DNA from: Camelus ferus
Taxonomy: Eukaryota
Reading direction: 5' to 3'
DNA length: 64,000 nt
Assembly (NCBI RefSeq): GCF_009834535.1
Contig: NC_045696.1
Span: 60,266,001-60,330,000, forward strand
Part shown: positions 35,690-50,080 of the stretch, piece after piece
Numbering within the stretch: the stretch's first letter is position 1
Layout: each line of letters opens with the position of its first letter
Translations under genes and position numbers: made by a program
The notes under the pieces: generated by a model
What the model saw: the letters and a program-made list of their open reading frames with translations, nothing else
Told to the model about the DNA's origin: nothing
Databases searched by the model: none

Positions 35690-37755
35690 CTCCCCAACAA
35701 CTAAATCCCTTGGCCACACTTGAGGCTTGTCTTTACCAGGAAGCTTTCACTTCCTAAATTATGATTCCAATCAATCTACTCTCAGCCTGTCACCTCCTTT
35801 TTTTCTCATTTGCTCTGCTGTCTCCCACCCCAACTATTTATAGCCTGCAGAGGAACTTTCAGTCAACTTTCCCTAGTATGTTTTTTACTTTCTATCATCT
35901 ACCTTCTCTTTTCACCACCTTCTTATCTAGCTTAGATTCCATGGTCCAAGAATATTGTGTTTATCATCTGCTTCTACATTTCAGCATTACTCAGCAGTCT
36001 TAAACCTAGTCAACTCATTCTCTTACTCTCTGATATAACAAATTTACAAACTCTCCTCTCAAAAGAAGCTTTAATATTTTCTCATCACCAAATCTACCAA
36101 CCCACTTGGCATCTGCACCCTCTCATCTGCCTTTTCATTTTTAGAGTGGACAAACAGTCCCAGCTCCAACCTAAGGCCCATCTCTCCATTTGTGCCCTGC
36201 TTCAGGAGTGTGCTTTTTTTGTCATCAGTTTTTCCATCCTCTACTAAATCATCTCTATCAAATACAAATACAGCGTAATTTCTCCCAACTAAACAAATAC
36301 ATCCTGGTCACCCTCTAGCTACTGTCCTATTTCTTTGTCTCCCTTACAGCAAAACATGTCAAAAGAATTATCCATATGGTTTCTACCTCCTGTTGTTTCC
36401 TCAACCCACTCGTAGGATTGTATACACCATTCCACTTAGACTATTCTTCCTAAGGTTGTCAATGACTTGAATGTTTTCCAACTCAATGGTCGACTCCCAG
36501 TCCTCATCCTACTTGACCTTTCAGATAGCATCTGACACAGGTGATGACTTCCTTCTTATTGAAACACATTCTTTTCTTGGTTTCTAGGATGCCTCACTCT
36601 CCCAGTTTTCCTCCTATCTCAATGCCCACTTCTTCTCAGTCTCCTTTGCTGACTCACCTCCTCTTTTCAACTCTAAAATATTAGACTATCCCAGCATTCA
36701 TTCAGTCCTCAGCTCTCTTCTTTATTCTGCATATACTCACTCCTAGAAGATCTCTGCAAGTCCCATGACTTTAAATACTATCCATATATTAATAATTCCA
36801 TGACAATGAATATATATATGTTTATGAATAACTGAAAAATTGTGCTCTACACTGGAATTTGACACAACATTATAAAATCACTGTAACTCAATAAAAAAAA
36901 GTTTAAAAAATAAAATAAAATAAAGACCAGATCACAACTGGCCTTTGACTGGCTGAGTTAAAACAAAAAAAATTCCAAGTTAATATCATCTCCAACCTCT
37001 CCCTTGAACTAAAGTTTTGTGTATCTAGTTGTCTTCTCAATATCATCCCTCACATGGCTGTTAAACACCTCAAACGTTAACATGACTAAAGCAGAAATCT
37101 ATTCTTCCCAAGTCTTCTTCAACTGAGTAAATGATACCAGCATTCACTCAAATATCTAAGATTCATCCTTGACTCCTCTCTTGTTCTCATACCTACAGCT
37201 ATTCCATCAGCAAATCCTGTTGATTCTACCATCAAAAAATATTCAGAATATGACCATGCTTTACCACCTCCATTGCTCCCATTCCTAGTCCTAGCCACTG
37301 ATTTACTGTAGTGCACTCCTGCAGTAGAGACCCCAGTTAGAGTACATCTCCCAGGATCTCTTGCAGTTAGAGAGGTCATGTTACTAAGTTCTCGCCAATG
37401 GAACTTGAGCAGAAGTGGTGAATGCCACTTCTGCCCCAAAGTCTTTGAGAGAGTAGGTGTGCCTCTTCCCTGTGCCCCAAATCTGAACACGGCAATTCAG
37501 TCTTGACTCTGCACATGACAAGGACCTAGGGGATGGTGAAGTCATAAAAATGGAAAGTGCCTGAGTCCCTGAATCAATGCATGAAGAGGAGAGCCTCCCA
37601 CTGTATTTGCTTGTTCATTATGTGCCTTCCCTACTAGAAAGCAAGCTCAATGACAGCAGAAACTTTCTATGTCTATTCAGCATGTCTCCCAACCCCAGCA
37701 CCCAGAACAGTGCTTGGAATGTAGTGAGTATCCCACACATGAGGTTAAGTGAAGG
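35690..37755 (+). mobile_element. L2 LINE, 3' portion, interrupted by an L1 and an MLT1 fragment (about 37320-37600)
   Basis: Pyrimidine-rich L2 body (cagtcctcatcctacttgacctttcag; atccttgactcctctctt...ccatcagcaaatcctgttgattctacc) ending ccagcacccagaacagtgcttgg. Confidence 0.75.
36801..36970 (+). mobile_element. Short young L1 3' end with an extra non-L1 segment and a second A-tract
   Basis: aataactgaaaaattgtgctctacactggaatttgacacaacattataaaatcactgtaactcaataaaaaaaa. Flanked by aattcca at 36794-36800 and 36971-36977. Confidence 0.8.
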
Positions 37756-38264
37756 ACAAACCATCTTAGACCCCCAGGAAGTCTTCATCTTCTCAACATC
37801 TGTCTGCCTTCAACATGGGCTTCCAACTATCATACTTATATTTTATACTCTCATAGCTTGACAGCAAGGACTGTCTTCTGTATCTCTAAAAGCTAAATCT
37901 AGGCATGTAGGAGTTTGTGTATAGGAAGTGCTCAATAAATGTCTCCTTACTGATAATGGATTAAAATAAACTCTGCCAAGATTTATGACTGATTTGAATT
38001 GATGACTCTATTAATTTTTTTAAAAAGAAGAAATACTACTATGATTGTCATTGATTAAACTGCATACTTTCAACACGCCCAATGCATGATTCATTTTTTC
38101 AATCACAGGCTTAGTGAAGTACAGTTGCCCCTGTGGTTATTAAGAAGGAACACTATTGGTGAAGGACTTAGATTTTTGCCTCTCTGAGATTTGCAAAATG
38201 TTAAGCTCACTCTTTCATATTTGATCTTGATCTTGTACAACCTCAATTACACTGTACCCAAGGG

Positions 38265-38266
<2 letters not shown>

Positions 38267-38312
<46 letters not shown>
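38267..38312. repeat. (GT)23 microsatellite
   Basis: Perfect dinucleotide run. Confidence 0.97.
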
Positions 38313-38320
<8 letters not shown>

Positions 38321-38895
38321 GAACTCCAGGGAAAGTCATAAGAAGGGGTGTGTCCTCGAAGCAAGGACAGTGAAGTTTTATATGTCAGCAATGTGAGGGA
38401 GTATTCAGGCAGGGATGCTCAGTGACTTTGAATAGGGATGACAACACAGGCAGACAATTATTCAGAATCCTAAACAGCTAGAGTTTCAAAACCCTTCCAG
38501 AATGACTGAAGGAACTTTTTGTTTTCTCTTTTCAGGGATTATGCTGGGAGAAACAAGTCTTATGGACTAATGGTGTGAGGCGACATTTTCTCATGTTAGA
38601 AATACTAGAATAATAACTAGGAAGGCAACTTTATCAAGCCTTAGTCATAAAACAACCGAAAAGGTAAACAGAACTATGCATCAGGCATGTTAAAAATATT
38701 AAATATAATAATAAACATAATGCATAACATTAAATTATCTTTTAAAATCTAGCACCATGTCTAACAAGTTCTATGTTCACCCATGCAGATATAAAGACTA
38801 AGTAAGAAGGGGGAAAACAATTATGTTAGTTTTTAAAATCATGAATTTAAATAATTTTTTGGAAATTACTTAAAATCAATATTAAACCAACTCTG

Positions 38896-38928
<33 letters not shown>

Positions 38929-39393
38929 GTATTATATGTACATATAATATATATGCAATGGAATACTACTCAGCCATAGAAAAGAGTGAAATAATGCCAT
39001 CTGTAGCAACATGGATGGACCTAGAGATTATCATACTAAGTGAAGTAAGTCAGACAGCGAAAGGCAAATATCATATGATACCACTTATATGTTGAATCCA
39101 AAAGAAAAAGACACAAGTGAACTTACTTACAAAACAGAAACAGACTCACAGACATAGAAGACAAACTTATAGTTACCAGGGGTAAAACAGGGTATAGAGG
39201 AATAAATTGGCAGTTTGGGATTTGCAGATACAAGCTCCTACTGTATAGCACAGGGAACTATATTCAGTATCTTGTAATAACCTATAATGAAATAGAATGT
39301 GAAAAATAATATATATATGCATAACTGAAGCACTATGCTGTATACCAGAAACTAACACAACATTGTAAATCAACTGTACTTCAGTAAAAAAAG
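38896..39393 (+). mobile_element. 5'-truncated L1 3' end, same family as 15010-15724
   Basis: aatggaatactactcagccatag...gcaacatggatggacctagagattatcatactaagtgaagtaagtcagacag...tacttcagtaaaaaaa. TSD atattaaaccaactctg (38879-38895) vs atattaaatcagctctg (39394-39410), 15/17 identical. Confidence 0.88.
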
Positions 39394-40609
39394 ATATTAA
39401 ATCAGCTCTGCAAATGCACTCCATAACTTCATCAGAATAAATGAACACACAGTTCTTGCTGGCATGTACAAACTGAGCATGTGCATTGGTATGGTCCACA
39501 AAGGATGGTGTTTCAAGTCCATGTGGTATTTTATCAAGTTGGCTCTACAAATTCTTTTAACCATTTTCTAAATGCTGCACATTTAAGTTATTTCTAGTTT
39601 GTCATTAGCACTAACAATGCAGCTATGATGATCCTGGAAAGATTTTATGGTTTGTTGTTTGATGTGGGGTTGTTTCCTTGAAATACAATCCCCCGCAATA
39701 GATTTACTACGTCAGAGTAATTAAACAGTTTTATATCTCTTGTTACATCTTACAAGATGATTCTCCAGAAACACTGAACCAGAGAAACTTTGAGCTATGG
39801 CCATGTGAAGAAGTCAAAAATCCTCTCCATAAGAGATAAGTACACAATTAGGCAAAATCATCAGAAACAATCACTCAGGGCTCTAGAAATTTACCAAATG
39901 GGGACAACTAAATAAGAAGTGTTTATTTTTAAAAAAACGCTGGAGTTGAGGGGAAGAGCGGGAGAGTCTACGGCTTTCCTTCCGGGCTGCCCCCAACCCC
40001 ACCCCAGTTCTTACCAGCGTGGAGCTGCCCCGTCCGCCAGGCCCAGGAGGCCTCCACCTTCTGCCTGTGGATCTGTGTGCGGGTCGGGGAGCACAGGGCA
40101 GCTGCAGCCAGTCTCCAGTCTCCGCTGGCTCTGACTATCGGCATTCTCTCTCGTAGGTCCCCAGGCAGGGGTGTGTGGGGACCTGTGGTCTTTCTACGGC
40201 ACTCTCACTTCTAGGATTTTCCTGTTAAATTTCTGGCTGCTCCACTGCTCACCCTCGCTGGGTCTGCTACCTCTGGCTAGCAAAGCTGAGGCTTTTCCCA
40301 TCCCATTTTCTACTGAGCTCACCACACTGAGCTTCTAAAGACCCGGCCCACAACTTTGTTCCCTGTGGCAGCAAAACTGCTGGTTTCTGAAGAAAACCTC
40401 CCAAATTTAATCAACAGGTCCAAAAGGAATGAATCCATTGACATTGCTTCCAGCAATGTGTACCTATAGCTGATAACCACCGACCTACTGTTTTTTAAAT
40501 CTTTGATAGCTTAACAGATATGCAATGACATCTTAACAGTGGTTTAATTTAGGTTCATTTAATCAACACTGTGGCCTACTTCATAAAAGATACTGACCAC
40601 CAGGCAGCA

Positions 40610-40835
40610 CACACATTGTGTAGGGGTTAAGACCACACGTTATAAAGTGAGACCGACCTGGGGTCAAATGGAGCAAGTGTTTAACTTCCCCAAGCCTCCC
40701 TTCTGTCATCTGTAAAAAGGTACCAACACTGCCTAAATCGGAGCTGAGCTGAGCTGAGATAATCTGTGTTAAGTGATTATCTTCCATGCCAGGCACAACG
40801 GACAAGCTCAATAAATGCTGCCTATTTTTAGCTAC
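40610..40835 (+). mobile_element. MIR SINE
   Basis: gagaccgacctggggtcaaat...gcaagtgtttaacttccccaagcctcccttctgtcatctgtaaaaagg...gctcaataaatgctgcctatt. Confidence 0.75.
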
Positions 40836-42159
40836 TAACAACATTCAACACTCAACCATGAAAGTTAGTTCATTGAATGGACAACAAATGAGTCTGGGCA
40901 TTGGTCTTTCCCATGTAAACTGAGGGCTCATCTCCTCTGAACTCTCTTCTGTTGAATCTGGATTTTGATCTTCCTGTTTTTAAAAATAATATGCTTTGGA
41001 AGGTACGCTTTTATCAGTTGTGTCTGTCAGAATCATTGTTTCCTTCTGTGACACTGTGTTGTGCAAATGTTTTTTATTTCTGCTTAATCAGATCCTTTTT
41101 GTCTTTGATGATGTCTTCAATAGTCAGAAATATCTCTCTTGTGCAGCTGGTATAAATAAGGACTGTGTGGCTATATAAGGTATCAAATATAGCCCTGAGT
41201 TAATTTTTTTGATCCATTTGCTCTCAATATTATTTATTCAATAGTGCTTTGATTCTTACTATTTTATGGCATCTGGTTCGTCACACATGGGGTTCTAATA
41301 ATAGTTTAACCCTTTCTATTCTACTTGACCTATCAATGTTTAAACATTTTTAGCCAATATTTGTACAATTGTTCATCAATTCAATTAGCCTTTACTGAGT
41401 GTTTGTCAGTGCCACGTACTATGTGGGAATATTGTGATGAACACAAGGTAGAAAGACTTGATTTGTGACTAAAGAAAGCTAACCGACTAGGGGAAAAGGG
41501 GTAAAACTTATATTTCTTTTCCTTAAGACAGACAGACGAGTAGACTTGAAGACAAATGTGTAAGCAAATGTATCAAACAATATGGTAAGTGTTTCTACCA
41601 CTCATGTGACTCAAACATCATGCTTCCACAGATGAAATCAGGGAATCCTCAGAGGGGGTCTGAAAAATTAGATAGATTTGAAACAATACATTGGCTTTTT
41701 TCAGATGGAAAAGGGGGAAGTGAAGCAACCTGAGAAGGCAAAACAGCATGGGCCAAGGCAGGAAGGGATAAAGAACATGATGTGTTTGGGGCATGTGTCT
41801 GGCTGTAGTTGCAAGTATGTGCGTTGGTTGTTATGAGAAAAATGGCCAAGAAGGTAAGGCAAGGCAGGACGGTTAAGAATCTTGCAGATCACACCAAGAT
41901 GGAATCTAAAGGAAGGTTTTTAAGAAAGGGAAACAGGATGAGAGGTTTTTTTTTTTTTAGAAAGATCATTCAGTGGACAGTGAGAAGGAGAAACAGAATG
42001 TGGGAGAATCTGGAGGCAGGAGACAAGTGTGGAGGTTAACAGGAGTCTGGGTGCCAGATGTTGAGGACCTGCACCTAGGTGAAGGCAGCCAGGATGCCAG
42101 AGAGGGAGGGCTCAGCAGGAGCCCTGGAATTTCTAAGATTACACGACTTCACCAATTAA

Positions 42160-44515
42160 ACATGGCCAAGTGACCACACACCTTGGCTGAAACCCTCTGA
42201 GAAGACACAAAAAGAATTAAATAGGCATAAACTCATAAACACAAGGAGAATGAGAGGAAAGATAACAAGTCTTGGAAGGGGGAGAGGTGATGGAGGAGTG
42301 GTAACAGACAGCAGAGCAGAGGAGGACAAACTCTAGGGTCCACAGAGAGGATGCAGGCCAGGAGCACCCCAGTAGACCCCACAAAGTTCAGGACCAGGAA
42401 GCACCTGTCCCTGAGAAGTGACAAGATGCAGGGGGCTGGTTGCAAGACTGTATACGAAACAGACATCAAGATCTTTCCTCTGGCCATGCAACTAGGGAAC
42501 AACTCCTCTTTACCTGAACCCCTCCCCAAGGGGGGTTCCTCTGAAGAAATCAAACCAGAGAGGTGCCCGGACTTGGGATACTAGACATAGAAAAGAGTGG
42601 GGGAATGGAGCTAGAAACTGGGGAATTCAGTGAAAGTCTATATCCTATGTAGTGGGACACCTCCAACTCCCTTATGTCACCTGGCTTCCTGAATACAAGC
42701 AGCCATCTGGTAGACCCCCTTCCAAGAAATTAAAGGACTCTTCTCCGGAGGAACTGAAGAGCCCCAGAGGAAAACCTCCAGCTAGTCCCATTTGGGGGTC
42801 CTCCTGTGAAGAAGCCTGATCACTCTACAGTAAGGTGCACCAGTCAATAAGCCCTGCCCAGGATGCAGGTCTTTGAACAGCTTTTAATACTTACTTCTAA
42901 GCAGGAAAAGAAATTAAAATCAAAAGAGCCATAGACATTTTAGTAAAGTCTCCAACATAAAAGAGAGCGAGACCAAGCCGAAGAGAAAAGAAACTAAAGA
43001 ACACAGGGCAGAATAGACTTTAAAGGGAGAATAAGTAATGTCACCAGAGAGATAAGCATTGTATCCATAGAACAAGAATGAATTGACATTCAAATTTTTT
43101 AAAAAAGGATAAGGACAAATCAGGTTACAACCAAGAGCTCTTGGAAATTAAGAACAGGATAACTGCGGCATAGACTGATTGCTGTTACCCAATATCCCCT
43201 TCCTCTTTAGCAAAAAACCCCACGTGGTTTCATGAGAAGCAGCAATATAACAAGCTAAAAAGACATTTCCAAGTCTCTGAGAACAGCTGGAAAGGCTAGC
43301 GAATCAAGTTCAGGGCTACATAGCCAGGGACAACACTCAAAATTTTATGTCAGAGCAGTCTAGTGGGGTCACCAGTGCTAGAGGCACCAAGGTCTAGACA
43401 CTGCAGCCCGCCCACTGACCCAGAAAGCCCTAAATACTGGAGCCAAGAATGTAGTCATCCTGCAGCCACCATCCTGCTTCCAGGGAGTTCTTCAAAATCT
43501 CCATTTCTTCAGGTTTCCAGTTCCCAGTTCCAAGTATATGGAGGGCTCATCTGATTAGCCGATCCTTGGTCCTGTGCCTGCACTCTGGTTGGGTTGTAGG
43601 AGGGGCTGGAAAACTGAATATCTGACATTTTCAGTTTTCAGTGTGAAAGGCTTGCTTTGCCTCCCACCAAGACTCGTAACCTTAGAAATTCTTCAAAACA
43701 CAGGGAAGTCATTTGATGCTGAGCAGGCAAAAAAAAAAAAAAGTCTATCATAATATTGCATCTAAGAAATCTCTTATTCCCTGGACCTGACACACAAGTA
43801 TGATAGAGGAATTCCAAGACAACAGCTTTATAGCAGGCCTAGAGAACAGATGCTCTAGAGTGGATCAGGATAGCAGCCATGGGACAGAGGGGAAAAAACA
43901 AATGAATATGATAAATTTCTGAAGAATTCGAGCATTTGGAAAATAACATTGAGAGGTGTTCGCATATCTGCCAGAGCACTTAGAGAAAAATGAGGGCAGA
44001 AAACCAAGCAAATAAAAAACCAAGGCTATTATTAACCCCAGGAAATAGAAAAGGTTGAACTAAAAAGGAAATGTAATCATAGTATAATATATGGCTCAGA
44101 GTTAAGCAATATTCACTTAATCGTGATATAATTTGAAATGTAGCTATTCAGTTAATTAAAAAAACTGTGATGCAATTACACTAAAGACATTGGATAAGAA
44201 ATCAGTGGCATAAATGAGTTAATTCTTCATTTATCATAGTAGGAAATCAAAAGATCATATCTGAAACTGACATATCAAGAAGCAGCAATGCAAATATATT
44301 ACTTAGTAACATGAAGGTTAACAGAAGAAGCAATTTTTTGGTTGAAAGCAGGATTTTCTTGGAGTGGAACTATGGACTGGAGAAGGATAAAAGGGATGGT
44401 ATAGTAGAGTGGGAACTACTATATCTGATTATGTGACTTTTCATTCCACTTGACTGATTAAACTGTACTCTTATTACTTTGACAAAAAATAAAATAATCT
44501 TTAAAATTTTGATAA
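42160..44515 (+). mobile_element. HAL1/old L1-like element with nested MLT1 pieces (about 43165-43750)
   Basis: A-rich ORF1-like tract (caagagctcttggaaattaagaac) and HAL1-like 3' end actcttattactttgacaaaaaataaa. Confidence 0.55.
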
Positions 44516-45417
44516 TGTTCTTACCATTAAAAACCTCCCACCAATTTGGAGGTAAAGAAGGAAAAGCAGGTGTATGGGAGAACATAAAGCATTTATTTTT
44601 GGACATCTCCTTCTAGGTCTCTGTCTCCTTCTTTTTGCCCACACTTGTCTGTACAGATCTCAAGGGGCAGATTATGTAGAGGAAAGTATTGGGCTTCAAA
44701 TACAGGGAGACCTGGGTGTGATGTCCAGCTGTGCGAAGTCTCAGCTCTGAGGATTCTCTGGGACCTCACTGGGCTTCAGGGTCTTCATTTGTAAAACAGA
44801 AAATGCTAGTATCTATTATATTACATGCAATAATATATGAAAAGCACCTGGAGTATGGAAGACTCTCCAAAATTCTAAGCTCTTGCTTTCTCTCAGAATT
44901 TCTCATGCCCTGGAAGCCTCTCTTTCAGAGTCTCTCCCTGTGTCTCTGGGTCTGCAGATTTGAGGAAGCGAAACAAAGCTATGCTCCGTTAGCCACTGTC
45001 TCTCCATCCCCTCCTGCCTGGTTTGGGAGATTCATCTTCCAGAGACAAAACATACGAAGTTCCTGCCAGGCAATTTGTCACAACACATTTCCACTTCCCT
45101 TGAAAGGAGAAACTGGTTTCATTCATGGTGGCTGATTTTTGAGTAAAATGAAATTAATATTCAATTATTAGCCATGGCTCCCAGCTCTAACAAACAGGAG
45201 TAGATAGAAATTTCTGTTTAAAATGAACCATCTGTAACAGTAGAATTACAAATTCAGCTGTTATCTGCCCATACGTTTTTAAAGTAAATGCCAAGCAAAA
45301 CTCACAAGGATTTTAAACCCAGCTATAAAATGCACTAACTAGGGACTTGAAAGAGAGTTGTGACAACTGAGTAGTCACCCCAGTTAGGAGACCCCACTGT
45401 GATTCCAAAGCACCCAC

Positions 45418-46063
45418 CTTCTCCACTTGCCCTGGGTTGGTTACTCAGCTCAGAGAAAAGTTGTCCTCCACAGGCTTCCCCAGGCCAAGTCCCTTCACTT
45501 CTGGAACCCTGCATGTCCCTGTAGGGCTCCTGCCCCTCCCAAGAGGCAGCGGGCCATCTGTCAGAGCCTTCAGGAGGGAAGGAAGCAGGGGACCTGAGGT
45601 CCAAGAGGAAGCTATCTTGGAGGGCTTGCTTGGTGGCCTTCTTTGTCTTCCCCTTCTGATTCTCTGGGATGCCATGGCTCTCTCCTCCCCTGGGCTGGCT
45701 ACTCTCAAGCTTACTGGTTAACTGGAGGAGCTGATCCATGTCCTTGGTGAATTCCAGCAAAGTGCCTTCAGTGAGGCTCCGGGCAACGCCCTCAGAGCCA
45801 TAGCTGGGAGCCCTCTCCAGGAGCAGGTGCTCAGAGCAGTGGAGAGCTTCCATGCCCTCCCTGGACACTGACTCAGGTACCTGAGGGAGGCTGCAGGCAC
45901 CCATGGATAGGGAGAAGTAAGAGTAGTCCACTGCGATGTATGTCAGCATGAAGTTGATGGTAACGATGGGGGCCAGAACATTCACCTGACCCACGAGGAC
46001 AAAGGCCATGGTCACCAAACTGGTCAGACAGATGGCAGCTACAGGTGTTTTATTTGGCCCTTT
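45418..46063 (-). CDS. SLC12A8: SLC12A8 exon 10 (two TM segments plus long hydrophilic loop)
   Basis: [54 protein letters not shown]...[14 protein letters not shown]...NQPRASGE(D). Acceptor tctgcag|, donor G|gtgggt; 646 nt. Confidence 0.96.
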
Positions 46064-46689
46064 CTGCAGAAACAAAAATAACATATGGGACCATGAAGTT
46101 TCAGGAGAAAATCGCATGATATATAGAAACACAACTCATAATGGCTCAGCCACTTCTCCCATGTGCCCTTTGGTGTGTTAATGACTGTTCATCTGTAAAC
46201 TTAGGATAATGATATCCAGCTCATGGGGCTATTGTGAGATCAGAGCCAATGTACATAAGATGCTTGACGTGGCCCTGGTCACAGCAGGCTCTCAACACAC
46301 CTAATGGGTATTAGTTGTATTAGTAACTATTAATATGGGGCAATACTGTGGAACATTGACTTCACAAATATTTCTCCTCTTGTCTTTCACTGGGTTTTAA
46401 CACCAGCCTTGGAAATCAAAGAGGTGCAGAATTGATTCTTCTCATGCTTTAATGGAGAAAATGACCTTATGGGGAGTGGCAGACCCTGGAAGACATAGCA
46501 GAATCACTGGTAGTTGAGGTGAGGGAATTCTGATACTAAACATGCACACAAGCACATGTTCACACACACACATGCACAAATTTATGCACATCTGTTACTA
46601 ATGGAGGTGAGTATCGTGACCTTCAGGAGGACAGGGGTGGAGAACATATGCTAATACCATCATTCATCACAGTCACTGACATTGTCTTT

Positions 46690-47310
46690 GGGTCAAAAGC
46701 AATAGTCACGTCTGAGTCCTCATCTTCCTTGACCTAAGAACTCCGTCTGACCCAGCTAGTCACTCCCTGATCTCTGAAGGACTTTCTTCACCTCTCTTCT
46801 CTTGGTCTGTCTCCCTCCTCATTGGCTGGTCCTTCTTAGTCTCTGTTGCTGGCCACTCTGCTTCTCTGAAATCTGCATTTAAAGCCACCCCAGGATCCAT
46901 CCTCGGACCCTTTCTCTTCTCTGTCCATGTTCCCTTTCTAGGATCTCAATCAGGCTCATGGCTTCAAACACCAGCTTAATGCTTTCAACTCCCAAATTTG
47001 AATCTCCAGCCTGAAATGTTCCCCTGAAATCCAAACCTAAATATTTAACTGTCTACTCAACATTTCCAGTTGATGTTTAATAGGATCACAAAACTAATAT
47101 GTCCAAAACCAAACTGCTGATCCTCCAATCTCCCACCTGTTAAATCTACTCCTTCTGTAGCCTTCACCATCTCAGAAAATGGCAAATTCATCCTTTGAGT
47201 TGCTCAGTCAAGCAAAATTCTTGATGCCTCTTCTCATTATCCTTTAGCAAATATCGTCAGCCTTACCCTCAGGACATACACAGGCTCTAACCACAGCTCC
47301 CACCTCCTTT
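46690..47310 (+). mobile_element. L2 LINE fragment
   Basis: ccccaggatccatcctcggaccctttctcttctctgtc...catggcttcaaacacc...actcccaaatttgaatctccagcctg. Confidence 0.7.
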
Positions 47311-47789
47311 ACACCAGGGATCTGGAATGGGAAGGCGGCATATTAGCCACATCCAGACCTGACTGTGAACCTCCCAGGTGTGTTCTTCCAAGTGTATCCC
47401 CCTTACTGAGGGTGAGAACAGAGGGTAATCTTTGAAGTCTCAGGATGAAAATGGCAAAGTCATCACTGGTCTGAGTCTCTGAGCATCAGAGGCTTTACTG
47501 ACCTAAAACACCTTTCCTAGACCCTCAGAGTAAAAACATTTTTTAAAAAAGCAAGTAAAAATACATTTTATTCTTTTTGAAAATGCATTTGGGGGTATAT
47601 TTGCTACAGCAGTTTAGCATACTCTAACAATAAAACTAGCAAGAATAAAGTAAATCCTCATAAACTAACAAGAACTTAAAAGCAGGGTCTTCGATAAGCG
47701 ATAGGAAATGCTAGCGGTCCAGGCCAGGACTTTGATAAGGGTGGGTTGTCAAGTGATAAAAATAGTCACACATGAATTTCTGTTACCCA

Positions 47790-49320
47790 AGAAAGGAGAA
47801 AAACAAACCAAAGAATGGGGAAACATACCTCTAACACATATAACTGACCAAGTGTAATCCAGAATATACAAAGAATCCCTACAAAATAACTAGAAGACAA
47901 ACAGCTCACTAAAAAAAATGTGCGAAAGAATGTCTATTAAACATAGGAGAGGTGCCCAACCTCATTAGTAATCAGGGAAATGCAAATTAAAACCCTAATG
48001 AGATACGATTAAACACCTACCAGATTGGCAAAAATTAAAACATCTGATAATATCAAGTATTGGCAAGAGCACAGATGAGTGGGAACACTTCACCACTGCT
48101 GATAGGAGTGTAAATTAACACGACTACTTTGGAAAAGGTACCAGGTGTTACCTAGTAAGTGAATATATACACATCTTACAATTGAGCAATTCCACTACTG
48201 GGTACATAGTCTGGAATAACTCTGCATGTGAACAGGTCTGCTAGCACAAGGATGTTCACTGCATTGTCTGTTAAGGGTCTGAAACTGGGACAAATCATGC
48301 GAGCAGAATGAATAAATAAACTGCAGACAATGAGGAAATGCTTTGGGGATGATAATAAACAAGCTGCTGCTACAAGCAAAAACATGGATGAATCACATAA
48401 ATACCATGTTGCATGACAGAAGCATGCCACATTTATATAAAGTTACAAAGCTGGCAAAATGGAACAATTTTGTTGAGAGATACATATGGAAGACATAATC
48501 CAGAGTTGGCAAACTATGGCCCCTGGGCCAGATCTGGCCACCATCTGTTTATGTATGTCCACAAGCTAAGGATGGTTTTACATTTCTAAACAACTGGGGG
48601 GAAAAAAATCAAAGAAGAGAAATATGTTGTGATACATGAAAATTACATGAAATTCTAATTTCAGTGTCCATAAATAAAGTTGTATCGGAAGACAGACTTA
48701 CCCCATTAGGTACAAAATGATACAAATCCCACGGAAGGTGTTTTAGTAATATTTGTTAATATTAAAAATTCATTTAACATGTATGTTCATGGATGACTGA
48801 AGCACTGTGCTGTACACCAGAAACTGATAACATTGTAAGCTGACTATACTTCAATAAAATATATATTTATATGTGCAAAAAATGCATTTACCCTTTGACC
48901 AGAAAACCCACTTAAAAATTATCCTATAAATACATCTATCTGCACATGTACAAACTTGTGTACACACACACAAGAATATTCTTTGTAGCACGGTTTACTA
49001 GAAGCCATATTATCTACAGGGAACTGGTTAATAATCTACGGTATATCTACATAATAGAAAAAGAGTGAGAAAGTTCTCTCTATATTCATATGAAAAGACA
49101 GATTTCCAACTATACTAAATGAAGAAAAGCAAGGTATAAAATAATGTATATAGAACATTATTTTTGTAAAAATAGAGGAGAGAAGGATTCATTTAAAAGA
49201 GTAGAAGGACTCATAATGAGAGCAAAAATTCACAGGGTATATATCTTTATATCATTTTTAGTTTTGAACTCTGTACATACGTTATCTGATTAAAAATACA
49301 TGAAATTAAAATAAAGTAAC
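47790..49320 (+). mobile_element. Old L1 3' fragments (L1ME-like) with nested MER58B-like MITE (about 48501-48704) and a young L1
   Basis: ctcattagtaatcagggaaatgcaaattaaaacc...cacacctaccagattggcaaaaattaaaa. MER58 start cagagttggcaaactatggccc. Confidence 0.75.
48777..48877 (+). mobile_element. About 100-bp L1 3' terminus with a 13-bp TSD
   Basis: gatgactgaagcactgtgctgtacaccagaaactgataacattgtaagctgactatacttcaataaaa. TSD aaaaattcattta (48764-48776) vs aaaaatgcattta (48878-48890). Confidence 0.82.
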
Positions 49321-50080
49321 AGGCATGTACTAGAGAGGACAGTCATTGCTCTTAACCGCGCACGCTGACTGATGGATAAGAGGTGAAGGGAGGTAAAGGG
49401 AGGAATTAAAGATGACTTGTAACTATGTGACCCCATTGTTTGGGGGGCTGGCGATGGGAAGGGGGCTGGGGAGGACTTTGTGGTGTTCCAACAACATAGA
49501 AATGAGCCACAGTTCACACAAAACACGTTACTGAGAAGTAGGGTTCTGTTAATTTCTCTTGTCACCCTCTTGGCTTAGGAATGTCTCCTCTGACTGTTTC
49601 ATGATGCAACCAAGTTGTATCAGTTAGGGTTTGGGCTGTGATGAGCAGCAGGGAGCCCAGAGGTGTGGGAAATCCTCACAAAGGACCCCAAAGGGAAGGT
49701 GACTGTCCAGGACAGAGTTAGAGCTGCAAGGACCAGCTCTCTTCCTCACCCAGAGATTCTTTCTTCTATGCCAAACTTGGAGGATCTAGAATTTATTTTG
49801 ATTAAAGGTTGTGGCACTCCCATTCCCTGCTATGCAGGGCCCACAGTGCTGCTGTGACAGTGAGCTAAGCCAGTGCTAAAGGACCCTACGTGGCTGTGAC
49901 ATTGACAGACGCTTTGCCCAATGGCCCCAGACTAAAGCAGTCAGAGGACAGGGGTGCCTTCTTGTTTCTCCCCGCCAGGGAACTTGATCAGCGGCTCTTA
50001 TCAGAAAGACTTAAGCAATTTATTGGCCAGTGATCAGGTTAGTGGCAACGTGTACATTTCTCAAAGAAAGGTTCACTCAC

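Noticed and set aside
45335..46132. 265-aa ORF as a stand-alone gene
   Set aside because: It is SLC12A8 exon 10 plus open intronic flanks; homology stops at the splice sites 46063 and 45418.
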